Below, in pieces: positions 40,801 to 57,523 of a DNA stretch of 64,000 nt. Numbering within the stretch: the first letter of the stretch is position 1; every line of letters starts with the position of its first letter. Under the pieces are notes generated by a model. It searched no databases and was not told the DNA's origin. It saw only the letters and a program-made list of their open reading frames with translations. The stretch spans positions 211,482,001 through 211,546,000 of the forward strand of contig OZ024741.1 in NCBI GenBank assembly GCA_964016885.1. Reading direction: 5' to 3'. This stretch comes from Eledone cirrhosa (Eukaryota). A program made the position numbers and the translations under genes.

Positions 40801-40905
40801 TGATGTGTAAATTCCAATGAGAAAGTCTTGTGTCTATGTTAGAAACCGATTCTCTCTCTATTGGTAAAACTTTGTGAAATTATAAAACCAGAAGAACATA
40901 TATAC
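37900..40905 (+). mobile_element. Degenerate R4/Dong-like non-LTR retrotransposon (RT, zinc knuckle, restriction-like endonuclease)
   Basis: KTPGGDMI...WLDYRKAFDSVPHSW; RGIFQGDSLS; FFVDDLKLY; YRYLGI; LYLKRKQEGRGL; AIQEQEI; CRLC...ITHVISSC...RHD; PDIMIWD...VVEISCP. Several stops and a frameshift; (TACA)n flanks. Confidence 0.9.
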
Positions 40906-41144
40906 AGATAGACTTACATAATACATACATACAGTTAGACATACATACATATATAATACATACAGACAGATATACATACATACATATATATAGACATACA
41001 TACATAATACATACAGACAGACAGACAGACATACATAATACATACAGACAGAAATACATACATACATACATACATACATACATACATACATACATACATA
41101 CATACATACATACAGATAGACATACATACATATTACATACATAC

Positions 41145-41940
41145 GAAAGAAAACGCAGACCATAGAGGGGATATATCATTCAAAAAGCCTGTCATGGTGT
41201 TCCAACAAGTTTATGACAGCCCACCTCGAAGCATATCTCTACGCAATACAGGAACAAGAAATCCCTACCAAATATCTGCTACATAAAAGAGGAGGGCCAT
41301 CAGTCAACAATAATTATAGGCTTTGGAAAACAAAGATCGAAGATGTTAGCCACATCTTTGCCAACTGTGAGAGAGTGTCGTCTCGCTACCACCTCCCTAT
41401 GAGACACGATGTGCTAGCTAGAACCATCTGGAACGCACTTTGGAAATCAAAATTAAAAACAAATGAGGAGGAATATGTTGAGATAGATGGCACTAAGGAA
41501 TACTGACGGAACCTGAAAATAAAAATTGTCACTGAATCAAAGCAGAAGCGACCTGATATTGTTGTTTGGGACCACACATTGAAAACCTGCTCTGTCTCAG
41601 AGATCAGCTGCCCACTTGATGTAAACGTTGTAAGAAGAATACAGGAGAAGGAGGACATCTACAGACCATTGATGAGGAGTTTGCAGATCCAGTAGCCAAA
41701 ATACACCTTTAGCTTCATACCCCTTACTATTGGAGTTACAGGTTATATATGAATCCGCTTGGACAAGGAGCACAGCTCCCAAATCCATAGACTACAAATG
41801 GTGGTGATACGTGACACCTTCAACATTTGCAAAACATGCTTGCAATTCAAGGGATGACAATTGCTTTTCTTTTACAGCCTTGCCACCAGGAAGTTGGCCG
41901 GTCAAAAATGTACTCGAAATTAAGAGAAAAAGAAAATATT
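41145..41940 (+). mobile_element. Second, diverged 5'-truncated R4/Dong-like copy
   Basis: EAYLYAIQEQEIPTKYL...EDVSHIFANC...RYHLPMRHD...RPDIVVWD...SEISCP, followed by (CATA)n. Confidence 0.85.
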
Positions 41941-42155
41941 CATACATACATACATACATACATATTCTTTCTTTTCTCATACATACATATATACACATTA
42001 TTTTCTCTTATCTCTCTTTATCTTTCTATTTTATCAATTATTTGTAATTCTATTTTCTGAAGAAGAATTATTGTCCGAAATTTTAAGACTGTTTTCCTCC
42101 TGTTTCAAGCGTTAAACTACTATGTTTCTTCAATCTAGTGTGTCGTTTGCATTGC

Positions 42156-42237
<82 letters not shown>

Positions 42238-42688
42238 TAAATAGAGTGTTGTAGTTTACTTGAAGCAGTGTTGAATAGAAACACAAATTTAGATAATTTT
42301 GAAAGTCATACAATGTATTAGAAAGAAAATAAAAATTGCTAAGATAACTATATATATATATATATATATATATCTATATATACTTCAAGATAAACAAGAC
42401 AAACACAAAGATACAGTTAAAGAAAGTCTTTTAAATTTCACGCTGCCTGAAAAAGGAAAATGTTTCAAGGTGTCCGATGAAATAATTCACACATCCTGAG
42501 TTGGTTTTCTCGTTGCTTTGGGCCTTGCGGCTGGCTCCCCGGTCGCAGTCTTCAATTTGTCAAGCTTTCTAAATGTATGTTATTACTCTAAGGTGTAATT
42601 ACCTCATCGAGTGCTTAGCTGCACATTCCGGATTGCATTCGTTAGCTTCACCGCAGCCAGAGCTTCGATTTTACTGAACTTCCATTTG

Positions 42689-43468
<780 letters not shown>

Positions 43469-44586
43469 TATATATATATATATATATATATAGTGTGTGT
43501 GTGACTTATTTCTGCATTGTCAGCTGATTCAAGACATTCGTCCATACCCTCATATCATTCCACTTCAATAAGTTACAACATTGATTAGAAAAAGCCTTAC
43601 TACCAATCTCCCTCGTTCTCTTTCTGTCACACACACGCACCCGAACGCAAACACAAGCAAACCTCCGCACCCACAAACGTGTACACATATTTCCAAACCC
43701 TTCTCTCGTGTGACTCAGGTTGTACACGAAATATACACCTTCTTTAATATAATATACCAGATTGATTACAAACAGTGACGGCCTTCTATGTATGCGATTT
43801 GAGTTTTCAGTTTATTGCAATGGAAGCGAAAAGCTGGCGTTAATTTCCAAGCTAGAATAGGCGCCATTTTAAATGGGGAGCTTACTGGAAAATTTCGAGC
43901 ATCAACGATGTTAACGTATGCGTAGAAAGAAGAAAAAGAAAAGAGAAACTGCAAAAAAGTTTCATTCTTGATAACATTGGGAAAACGGTTAAGAATAATA
44001 ATATAAATAACAATACAAAATCAAATCAAACAAATATATATATATGCATGCATACCAAAATATATATACAGATATATACACAAAAAAAACGACTTAAATA
44101 AGGAAGAGCAAAAGGAACAAAACCGAGAAAGAAAATGAGTAAAAGTATATATATATAGAAAACAAAAGAAAAACACATACACACAAAGACACAAGTTAAA
44201 AACTAAAGTATGGAGGAGCAAAAGGTACAAAAAATATAATTTTCGAATAAACGAGTTGAATCTGCTTAAAAGTAATGATATAAATATAAAAATAAAAACA
44301 AAACAAAACAAAGCCCAAGCACAGAGAGGAAAATCCCCGACATCCTAAAAAAGAGTAAAGTATGGAAGACAAAAAGGAACAAAAAGAAATAAGAAAAGTG
44401 TTAAGTAAAAAAAAACTTTCAAGCTTAAATCGATTATCACAGTTTAGTAGCTGGTTTGATTATTTTGTCACGTTATATTGTCTTCAGGAAATATCCTTAA
44501 TAACAAACGGCGCCTAATCGTCTCATTTCCCTCTCTCACTATATATACTTTTCTCTGTCTTCCTCTCCCATACACCCCCTCTCTCT

Positions 44587-44620
<34 letters not shown>

Positions 44621-44624
44621 GAAA

Positions 44625-44713
<89 letters not shown>

Positions 44714-44814
44714 TATATATATACATATATGAACACATATGCAAACGCACATGTATATATATGTATATATACCTGTTGTCTAATCTAATGCTACCTGACA
44801 TTGCCTTTGTTGGC

Positions 44815-44851
<37 letters not shown>

Positions 44852-44990
44852 CAGCAGCAGAAGCAGCAGAAATAGTAGCAGCAGCAGTAGTAGTAATAGT
44901 AGTAGTAGCAGCAGTAGTAGTAGTAGTAGTAGTACTAGTACTAGTAGTAGTAGTAGTAGTAGCACCATTAGTAATAGTAGCAGTAGTAGC

Positions 44991-45040
<50 letters not shown>

Positions 45041-45190
45041 CAGCAGCAGAAATAGTAGTAATAGTAGTAGTAGTAGCAGCAGTAGTAGTGGTATTAGCAG
45101 TAGTAGTAGTGGTAGTAGAAGTAGTAGTAGTAGTAGTAGTAGTAACAACAGTAAAAGTGTAGTAATAATATTAGTAGTAGTAGTTGTTGT
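44815..45190. repeat. (GTA)n/(GCA)n microsatellite
   Basis: Triplet run. Confidence 0.95.
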
Positions 45191-45788
45191 TGTTTCACCT
45201 ATTCCCTTTTCTCTTTTTCTGTTCGGCAGCCTTTCTGTTATTGTTTCTTCCACATTAATAGGCAACATGTGTTTATATATATATATATATATATATAAAT
45301 ATAAGTATGTATACGTGCATACATATATGTATACAGACGTACAGTAGTATGTATATATATATACATACATGCACACATATATATATATGTACGTATGGAT
45401 TCACCGAACATTTATTATAATACTCGGTGTGTTTGTAAAGAAACATCCCGGATTAAGCCATACAGTGTCTAGCAACCATCGTTGCTCATTTGTTCAACAC
45501 TGACAAAGGAACGCTGTACTAGTTTCAAGCTTATTAGCTATCATCAACAACGTAAACCTTCCTGCCACATGGTTGAACGTCTGAAAGTATATACTTTCCT
45601 TATGCATATTAACGGCTGAGCAGCCTAATTTGCATATCGAGTGAGTTAATCGACCGGGGTACCGAAAACGATAAACGGAAAAAATGAAACGAAATTTCAT
45701 TTCTCACTCTTAGTACGGCTGTTACTTAAATATAACTATGTATACGTACATACATATATGTATACAGACGTACAGTAGTATGTATATA

Positions 45789-47401
45789 CAGTGCCCCGCA
45801 AAAGTTTACAACACATTAGGAAAAATGCGGTTTTAGGTATTTTTAATAAAGTTAGGGTAATGAAAATTTAACTACTGTTAGAACATATAATGAGGCAGTT
45901 AATGATACAATCATATTTTTTAAAAAATAACAAGGAAATAACTCATGAAGAAAAATCAATATTTTTATAACGCAAAAGTTTACAACACATTTATTAAATC
46001 ATCTCTTAATATTTCGTAGCGTAACCTTTGTTGCTAATTACAGCCTGTAGGCGTTTGGAGTAGCCTCCTACAAACTTCTTGCATGTTTCTTGGCTAATAT
46101 TTTTCCATTCTTCACAACAAATTTTCTTTAGTTCAGGGATATTTTGGGGTTTCCTTTTTTGAATTCTGAGTTTCAGTTCTCTCCACAAATTTTCGATCGG
46201 GTTAATATCTGGAGACTGACTTGGCCATTTTAGAACATTTGTTCGATTCGTACTTAACCAAGATTGTGTTAGCTTTGCAGTATGCTTCGGATCGTTATCT
46301 TGTTGAAAAAACCAAACTGGCTTTAAGCTGAGAGAATGTGCACTTTGATGTAAATTCCTTTGCAAAATACCTCTATAATAAGCGCCATCCATTCTTCTTT
46401 CTATTATTTCAGTATTTCCTACACCTGTGGCACTAAAGCAACCCCAGACCATGACTGATCCACCTCCAAATGTTACAGTTGGAATAGTATTCTTCAGCGA
46501 ATATTCAGTACCTTTCTTTCTCCAGACTTTTGCCACAGCATTTCGACCAAAAAGTTCAATTTTTGTTTCGTCCGACCAAAGTACATCTTCCCAAAATGAC
46601 GCAGGTTTGATCAGATGTTCATTTGCAAAGTTTAATCGACGAAGAACGTGTTTCATCGGAAGAAGTGGTGTTTTCCTTGGAGACCTCGAGAAGATATCAT
46701 ATCGATGTAGTGAACGACTAATTGTATCTGTGCTCACTTTTACTCCACTTCCTTCTAGGTCATCTTAAAGATTTTTAAGAGTACACCGAGGTTCGTTGCC
46801 AACCTTTCTTGTCAATAACCGAGCTGCACGTTCCGTTATCTTTCTAGGACGACCAGAACTAATTAGAGGACAGATGGAATGATGAGATTTCAAGTGACGA
46901 ATTATAGTACCAACTGAACTCAATAGCACATTTTACTGACAAGATATCTTTCTATAACCAACACCATTTGTATGAAGGTCTACAATGCGTTTACGGAGGT
47001 CTTGATCAATCAGTTTATTTTTCCCCATATTGTCAATGTTTACAGGACGGTTGTCAATGTTTACAGGATGGTTGTCAGACAAATAATGACGTATGTTTTT
47101 AATTGTCCTTAGAAGTTACCTTAAACCTAATCTAGAACATTCTACTGAATTTTAAATCTGAAAATTTAAGAATTTTCTTGAAAAAAAAGCGATAAATATA
47201 AAATGTGTTGTAAACTTTTGCGTTATAAAAATATTGATTTTTCTTCATGAGTTATGTCTTTGTTATTTTTTTAAAAATATGATTGTATCATTAGATGCCT
47301 AACTATATGTTCTATCAGTAGTTACATTTTCATTCCCCTAACTTTATTAAAAATACCTAAAACCGCATTTTTCCTAATGTGTTGTAAACTATTGCGGGGC
47401 A

Positions 47402-47404
<3 letters not shown>
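45789..47404 (-). mobile_element. Full-length Tc1 (IR/DR-type) DNA transposon, 1616 bp
   Basis: TA|CAGTGCCCCGCAA...TTGCGGGGCACTG|TA; ~200-bp TIRs each containing two cgcaaaagtttacaacacatt direct repeats. Confidence 0.96.
46006..47028 (-). pseudogene. Tc1 DD34E transposase with two in-frame stops in the N-terminal DNA-binding region
   Basis: MGKNKLIDQDLRKRIVDLH...KISCQ*...GRPRKIT...KNL*DDL...WSDETK...WGCF...QQDNDPKH...WPSQSPDINPIENLW...KGYATKY; 341 codons in one frame. Confidence 0.92.
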
Positions 47405-47474
<70 letters not shown>

Positions 47475-47656
47475 CATGCACACATATATATATGTACGTA
47501 TGGATTCACCGAACATTTATTATAATGCTCGGTGTGTTTGTAAACAAACATCCCGTATTAAGCCGTACAGTGTCTAGCAACCATTGTTGCTCATTTGTTC
47601 AACACTGACAAAGGAACGCTGAAACTAATACAGCGTTCCTTTGTTCATTTAGTACA

Positions 47657-47787
47657 GAATTAGCCGTCGAAAGGGCTTGAGCTCAGGCGTCGGGCTCCTA
47701 CTTGTTCCTATTACCCACTCTACTACCCTAAGTATTAAGTACTTTGGTGCGTTGTGGTCCATCTAGTTCCTTACCACATTTCCTTCG

Positions 47788-47790
<3 letters not shown>
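47657..47790 (+). mobile_element. Short pLTR tip with the 3' half of a hammerhead
   Basis: gaattagccgtcGAAAgggcttgagctcaggcGTCggg...ccttcgtta followed by (TA)n. Confidence 0.8.
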
Positions 47791-47855
<65 letters not shown>

Positions 47856-48639
47856 TATATGGCCTTTACGTTCTGGGTTCAAATCCCGCCGAGGTTAACT
47901 TTGCCTTTCATCCTTACGGGGTCGATAAAATAAAGTACCAGTAATGCTCTGGGATAATTGCTGGCCTTGTGCCAAAAGTAGAAACAATTATTCAAAATAT
48001 TAATAAATGAGAAATATTATCATAACCAAAGTATATAATTTATTATACATACTAGCAGAAAAACCACCCTTCGTGGGATATTCTGCTAGCATGTATAGTG
48101 TGCATATTGATATTATACGCAGGTATATACATCAAATAAAATCGTAATTTACAATATATAATACATAGAAATTGAACGAAGACTGCGTTACACTCTCTTA
48201 TTTAATCAGTAACATAATCCATGATACATCAGAAAATTAGTATGTTTATTTAAGCGATGGGCAACTGGAAGAGTTGACATTTCAGAAGTGAATCTTTAAA
48301 TAAACAAAATATATTTAATCAACAGCCACGAAATTTTGTAGATAAATTATGTAATATTCATTCATTATTTGGCAGTATCGGTAAAGGATCGGACGCCATG
48401 TTTTGACGTATAGAGTTACGGCCCTTGTCATTCTGAGTTCAAATCCCGCCGAGGTTAACTTTGCCTTTCATCCTTACGGGGCCGATAAAATAAAGTACCA
48501 GTAATGCACTGGGTAATTGCTGGCCTTGTGCCAAACGTAGAAACAATTATTTATTCAAAGTAATCCAACTTATTTTACTAATGGGATAAACAATTATAAA
48601 CCGTACGCAGTCCCGCGCTCCTTACTTTATTATAGTTTA

Positions 48640-48972
48640 GATTTCAAAGGTACAATGATATTTCAGTTCGTTTTCATCAGATTCCTGTAGTCGTAGTAGT
48701 ATCGCCACTATAGGAATTGAAGATTCAAGATCTTAGCGGTATGTCGTATAACCAATCTCTTATATATTTTATCTGATGAAAACGTACTGAAACACCATTG
48801 TACCTTTGAAATATGTATAATAAATTATATACTTTGGTTATGATCATATTTCTCCTTTATAAATATTTTTAATAATATTATAGATACTCCAGATAAATCT
48901 TGTCGAGTGCTTCTAATCTATTGTAAAATTGAATTCGTTGAATAATCAACGAACCATATAAACGTTTGGTTA
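48640..48972 (+). mobile_element. PLE pLTR with hammerhead (48768-48824) and tail; inverted pieces at 48642-48683 and ~47997-48050
   Basis: tttat-CTGATGA-aaacgtac(tgaaacaccatt)gtaccttt-GAAA-tatgta-TA-ataaa; tail atactccag...cttgtcgagtgctt. Confidence 0.8.
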
Positions 48973-48977
48973 TATAT

Positions 48978-49054
<77 letters not shown>

Positions 49055-49069
49055 ACACATACACACACC

Positions 49070-49146
<77 letters not shown>

Positions 49147-49754
49147 GGCTTCTACAGCACAAGAACGGTTTCATTCCTATGAAATCATCACGAATGCCAT
49201 AATGTAGTACCTTATTAACTGCTTAACTGAGGTTACCCCCGATTTAACTCGGGATCTACACACACACAAACATTATATGGTGGATTGGCAGTATCGATAG
49301 AGAGTCCGACGCCATGCTATGACACATAGAGTTACGGCCCTTTCCATTCTGAGTTCAAATCCCGCCGAGGTTAACTTTGCCTTTCATCCTGACGGGGTCA
49401 ATAAAATAAAGTACCAGTAATGCAGTGGGATAATTGCTGGCCTTGTGCCACAAGTAGAACCAATTATTTGTACATCAAATCCCGCTGAGGTTAACTTTGC
49501 CTTTCACCCCTACGGGATCGAAAAAATAAAGTACGAGTAATGCGCTGGGTAATTGCTAGCCTTGTGCCCAACGTAGAAACAATTATTTATATCTGTGTAT
49601 GTTTGTGTTTAGAAACTTATTTATCTGTCCCTAACACAAATATACGATGCACTTCCTAACTCAATCATGTTGCTACACTAAGAAGTAAGCAATTCAAGTT
49701 CCTTCCAATCACATTTCTTCGAGTAAATAGTAATTATATGTGTATATATATATG

Positions 49755-49851
<97 letters not shown>

Positions 49852-49884
49852 GTATATATATATATGTATATATATGTCTATATG

Positions 49885-49915
<31 letters not shown>

Positions 49916-50289
49916 GTAAGAAACACAGTAAACCGTGTGTCTAAAATTACAAGGGTTGAAAAACCACATATGCTTGAAATATTTAACCAAGAAACAGACA
50001 GGATGACAAAATGAAAATAGAAATATATTATCATAATACAAACCGCCTCAATAACCATTATATCTCTCGGAGAGATTATCCCTAATCTGTTTCGCCCTGA
50101 GTGTGTTTGTAACAGATAATCCTGGGCTTCATTAGCGAGAGATTACAATTAAATGTCACAAGCACTATTTGCCAACGTTCACATAGAAAGATGAATTTAT
50201 CACCTCGTGCGCCGCCATTCAAACGTGGTAAGCGCGTATTGAACAGAAATAACAGTCCAACACGCACAACTTAATAGCTTATCCTGTCT

Positions 50290-51798
<1,509 letters not shown>

Positions 51799-51885
51799 AT
51801 AATAATAAAATTGATGACTAAAATCCAAAGAGGGCTCGATAGGGAAAATATATATTCTTTGCTTAAACTTTAATCTGTTATTTTA

Positions 51886-51936
<51 letters not shown>

Positions 51937-52009
51937 CATATATATATATAATTATGTAATAAACAACATAAGACAATTATTCCAATATATATATATATAT
52001 GGATATATA

Positions 52010-52040
<31 letters not shown>

Positions 52041-52269
52041 TTATACATATATATATATATATAATTATGTAATAAGCAACATAAGACACTTATTCCAATA
52101 TACATATATATATTGTAAGGCATATATATAAAACACTTGTATTCCTTCACCCATTGGAATATATACGTACGCATACACATGGGACATTCCACTTGTAAAG
52201 TGTTAGACATATATAGACATATGTATATATCCAGTCAAACTCCATACACCCACACGTACATATACACAA

Positions 52270-53130
52270 CGTATCTGCATATATTGTATGAGACAAATAT
52301 ATTCATACATACACATTAGTAACTAATATATATATATATATTGTATAAGACAAATATATTCATACATACACATGCGCAACTAATATATATATATACTCTA
52401 TAAGACAAATATATCCATACATACACATACGCAACTAATATATATATATACTGTATAAGACAAATATATGCATACATACACATACGCAACTAATATATAA
52501 ATATTGTATAAGACAAATATATGCATACATACACATATGCAACAAATATATATATATTGTATAAGACAAATATATTCATACATACACATACGCAACAAAT
52601 ATATATATACTGTATAAGACATATATATTCATACATACACATACGCAACAAATATATATATATATACTGTATAAGACATATATATGCATACATACACATG
52701 GGCAACAGATATATTGTGGAAGACAAATATATTCACACATGCATATACACAACAAATATAGATATAATGTGGAAGAAAAATTTATACACACATACACATG
52801 AGCAACACATATACATATATTGTGTAAGGCAAATATATACATACATTCACATATGCAACACATGTACGTATGTTTTGTAAGGCAAATATATACACACATG
52901 CATATACATAACAGTAGATATACATATATTGTGGAAGACAAACATATACGCACATGCATATACACAACAAATATACATATATGGTGGAAGAAAAATATAT
53001 ACACACATGCATATACACAACAAATATACATATATTGGGGAAGACAAATATATACACACATGCATATACACAAAAATATACATATATAATGTAATACAAC
53101 AAATACACATTATCTTGTAAAGCAAATATA
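52270..53130. repeat. ~50-60-bp minisatellite (ttgtataagacaaatatat...catacatacacatacgcaac)
   Basis: Unit core aagacaaatatat/aaggcaaatatat recurs about 15 times with a gradient of variants. Confidence 0.85.
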
Positions 53131-53538
53131 TACACATACACCCCATGCATATATCTCGCCAAACAGAATATATCTACATGCTCATATATGCGACATATTT
53201 TATCATACACTGTAATATGTAAACAGTTGGATATCCGCCAAAACGGAACATATGCGCACGCAGAGCAATATGTGACATTATTTACGAGAATTCAGTATTA
53301 CGTTTGTGAATGTATCAAAAACGAGAAGATTATATGGTGTATATAACTGTATAAATGTCAAAGGAAACTTCACTAACCACAATACCACCGCCGTATATAC
53401 TCTATATAATAGTCTCCTTTGTATGTGAATGTGCTGAGTTGGCAAATAAGCATATACCTTATGTGTAACTAATATACCTCTATATTTAATATATCAGATA
53501 TGTGTTTATAGTTTATATGTTTATATATAGAGTTTTAA

Positions 53539-53605
<67 letters not shown>

Positions 53606-53609
<4 letters not shown>

Positions 53610-53781
53610 AGTAAGTAAGACCCCGACGGCTGAGCTCAAGCCGTTTCGACGGCTAGCCGTCGAAACGGCTTGAGCTCAGCCGTCGGGGTCTTACTTACTC
53701 CTATTACCCACTCTTCTACCCTAAGTATTGAGTACTTTCGTGCGTTATGGTCCACCTGGTTCCTTACCACTTTTCCCTCGC

Positions 53782-53782
<1 letters not shown>
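53606..53782. mobile_element. Fold-back pLTR tip: perfect palindrome 53606-53703 plus tail
   Basis: Centre cggct|agccg (53654/53655); (TA)n on both flanks. Confidence 0.88.
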
Positions 53783-53816
<34 letters not shown>

Positions 53817-53817
53817 T

Positions 53818-53848
<31 letters not shown>

Positions 53849-53867
53849 ATATTTATATATTTATATA

Positions 53868-53952
<85 letters not shown>

Positions 53953-53964
53953 ATACTGTATATA

Positions 53965-54080
53965 TAACGAAGGAAATGTGGTAAGGAACCAGGTGGACCA
54001 TAACGCACCAAAGTACTCAATACTTGAGGTAGTAGAGTGGGTAATAGGAACCAGTAAGACCCCGTGGTCTTACTGGGTCC
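53965..54080 (-). mobile_element. pLTR tip of the same family beginning at the hammerhead cleavage site, with a tiny fold-back
   Basis: Arm stops at agtaagacccc(g) 54063/54064, then ggtcttactgg. Confidence 0.8.
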
Positions 54081-54085
54081 ATATA

Positions 54086-54138
<53 letters not shown>

Positions 54139-54567
54139 CGGTGAAAATGAGAGAGAGAGGGTGGGGAGAAGAGATAGATAGATAGATAGATAAAGATAGA
54201 GAGAGGGAGAGAGAGAGGGTGGCGAGAAGAGAGAGATAGATATAAAGTGTAGGCAAGAGAGATAAATAGATAGATTGATCGATAAAGATAGAGAGAGAGA
54301 GGGGGAAAGAGAGTGTGTATATCTACATATGTATCTACACTCACACAGACATAAATATACATGTGTATTATATTATATACATATTTATATATATTTATAT
54401 ATACATAAACATCTATACACATATATATAAATATGTACATACACACATACACGCGCACACATACACAGGCATACACAGACAAACACTCCTATATATATTC
54501 GTGTGTGTATAAATAAATATATATATGTGTGTGTGTGTGCATGTGTGTGTGCGCGTGTGTGTATGTG

Positions 54568-54664
<97 letters not shown>

Positions 54665-55140
54665 TATATATGTGTGTGAGAATGAAAGTAGACATAAACG
54701 TAAGTTCGGAACAGTCTACAATGTTATTGAAGAAATATTTGCTCCGTACAAGATGGAGAATGTTGCTTTGACAATATATGTAGGTACATATGTACGTATG
54801 TATGGAATTATGCGTGTATACACACACACACAAACACACACATATATATATATACACACACACGCGCATATATATATATACGCATATATATATATATATA
54901 TGTATATGTATATATATATACAGGCACCCTTGTATATACATATATACACATAAACATACACACATATATATATACATATATATACATATATATACACACA
55001 TATAATCATATACCCAAATATATCTACGTATATGTACACCTATACGTATATGTACACATGCACGCCCACACACACACACTCACAAACACACAAATATATA
55101 TATATATATATATACACGCACCCCACACACACGCACACAT

Positions 55141-55233
<93 letters not shown>

Positions 55234-55805
55234 CGTATATGACTCCTAATTATCGCATTATTTTCGATAAAGGCTTCGGTGATTTATGTATTTTCATTAA
55301 CCGTTAATTTAATTTCATGTGCTTATTCTTTTGTAAAGAAATCTGAAAATATTTTATGCGGTACTAAAGCTGACAAAGGCAAGATTGCTTTCTGCAAAGA
55401 TACTCCCAAATATCCTACTCTGGATAACATACAACAACAAACGTATGATGGGGAAAAATACTGGTCGGGATTTTTATTGAATGCGTTGCGTTACAACTGG
55501 CATGTGCAGCACAACTATAAACGTATGATGTACGTACACACGTGTTTCGGTAAAATTGTATATACGTATGAGTTTAAATACTTATACATGCATGTATCTA
55601 GGTATATATATGTATATACATTTATACATTTAGAGGTTCAAACAGTTATATATAGAATCATAGAGAAACATGCATAGATTCATGTAAATTATATATATAT
55701 ATATATATACACAAACAATCTATGTGTATATAAACACTCACACACACACGCGCACATGCACACCCACACCCATATATATATATGTTTGTATATTTACACA
55801 CACAC

Positions 55806-55837
<32 letters not shown>

Positions 55838-56382
55838 GTACATATATAAAAAAATATATATAAATATAGATATAGATATGTGTCTGCGTGTGTGCGGGTA
55901 TACATATGTATATATATATATATGTATATATAGTGAGATTTATATATGCATGTACACAAGTGTAAATATGGATTTGTGTATGCATATATATAATTCTAGA
56001 CATACCCAAACATGTATGTCTATATGCATATATCTGTGTGTGTCATGTGAAAACTCGACTCATCTATAAAACATTGGTATATCGTATTTAGTTGTGTAAC
56101 TTACATAACTCATATATGTTTGCTTTAATATAAGCTTTTGTTATCAAAAGCTACCTTTCTTTGCTAGCTAATTACATTTTCTTTCCTATATATTTATATT
56201 ATACACCTCATAATATCCTCTGATTTAGGAGTGAATGCAGTTGAGGTTATATACGTGTATATATATTAATAATAGGATACTACTAACTTAATTGTATATA
56301 TATATATAATGGTTATCCATTTAAGCACAAAGCCAACAATATTTGGAGAGAGAGGAAAATCGATTAAATTGATCCCAGTACG

Positions 56383-56461
<79 letters not shown>

Positions 56462-56645
56462 ATTAAGATTATCCCGGGTTTAATCGGAGGTAACCACAGT
56501 AAGGTACTCAATACAAAGTAAAGTAAATATATTTAATATAGAAACGGCTTCTACAGGACTAGAACTGCTTCATTCTGGAGCCTGATGATTTCTCCAGAAT
56601 GAAACAATTCTAGTCCTGTAGAAGAGTTTTCTATATTAAATATAT
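56462..56645. mobile_element. Small fold-back pLTR with hammerhead-like core (related fragment 49143-49198, minus)
   Basis: Arms ~56528-56579 and ~56592-56645; CTGATGA-tttctccagaat-GAAA-caat-TC. Confidence 0.6.
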
Positions 56646-56654
56646 ATATATATT

Positions 56655-57170
56655 CCGACGCCCAGTCAGACCCCTCTAACCCCCACCCTCCCCTTCTTCA
56701 AACGTGCATGCAACCGTGGCAACCTCCTCGTCCGCAGCTCCTGTATCCCTTCCCTGCTCCCGACTCCTCTTCCACACATGTCCCCACATCACCAACACCA
56801 CTATCTTCCAGGGTTCCAACGTCCACTCCCTCTCTCTCTCTCTCTCCGCCATTCCTTTCGCTGCACCTCCTCCAGCCTTATCTACGGACTCCGCTGCGTG
56901 GAGGGCGGTGCGACCTATGTCTGACAGACGGGACGCCATTAGACCAACCGGTTCGCCGAGCACCTCCCCGACACCCGCCACGGCTTGTGTTCCTCCATCG
57001 CCGACATTTCTGCTTAGCGGGGCATTCTGCTCGCAGCTTGAACGTCTGCGGCCTGATTGCGTGCTCTGGAACCCCGGATGCCCCAGTGAGGCCCGAGAAA
57101 CCCACCATTTTCCAACTACAGACATGGTTTGGACTCGCCACCCTTCTTCCTTTAACCCCAACTGACATAA
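56655..57170 (+). pseudogene. GC-rich degenerate PLE GIY-YIG endonuclease fragment
   Basis: Frame not in the ORF track: RHSFRCTSSSLIYGLRCVEGGATYV*QTGRH*TNRFAEHL (~56846-56965). Confidence 0.75.
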
Positions 57171-57523
57171 CTATCCACCACCTACCATCCCTACCCCTAC
57201 TTACCACTAAATCGACTAACCTACCACCACCCACACCTATCACCCCACCCACACTCAACAGCATATATACACTCACACCCTTTGCCCCCAACTTACCGTC
57301 TACCCACTGACACCCAACTAACGCACTAACCATTACCCCCTCACTAACCCCCCACTCGTCCCTCCTCTCTCCCGTCACCTCCCCATACTACCACAACTAA
57401 ACTCTATCCAAACTCTATCCACGCACAACCACACCTTGCCACCCCACTAATACAACGAACCCCCTCACACCAACACCCTATCCTTCACCATGACCCTCCC
57501 ACAGTATAACAATATATATATAT

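Noticed and set aside
42052-42100. CTGAAGA...GAAA hammerhead-like string
   Set aside because: No convincing stem II pairing and no second copy.
48051-48090. Possible Helitron 3' end on the minus strand (hairpin plus CTAGT)
   Set aside because: No matching 5' TC end or second copy identified.
50080-50270. Possible small exon ending at G|GTAAGC (~50227), and YY1-like CGCCATTTT sites at 43862 and 63824
   Set aside because: Single short motifs expected by chance in 64 kb, with no supporting gene structure.
55279-55677. 132-aa ORF in unique sequence
   Set aside because: No recognisable domain, non-ATG start, and it runs into low-complexity sequence.
56676-57378. Four overlapping GC-rich ORFs
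   Set aside because: Shadow frames of a decayed GIY-YIG coding fragment whose true frame has stops.
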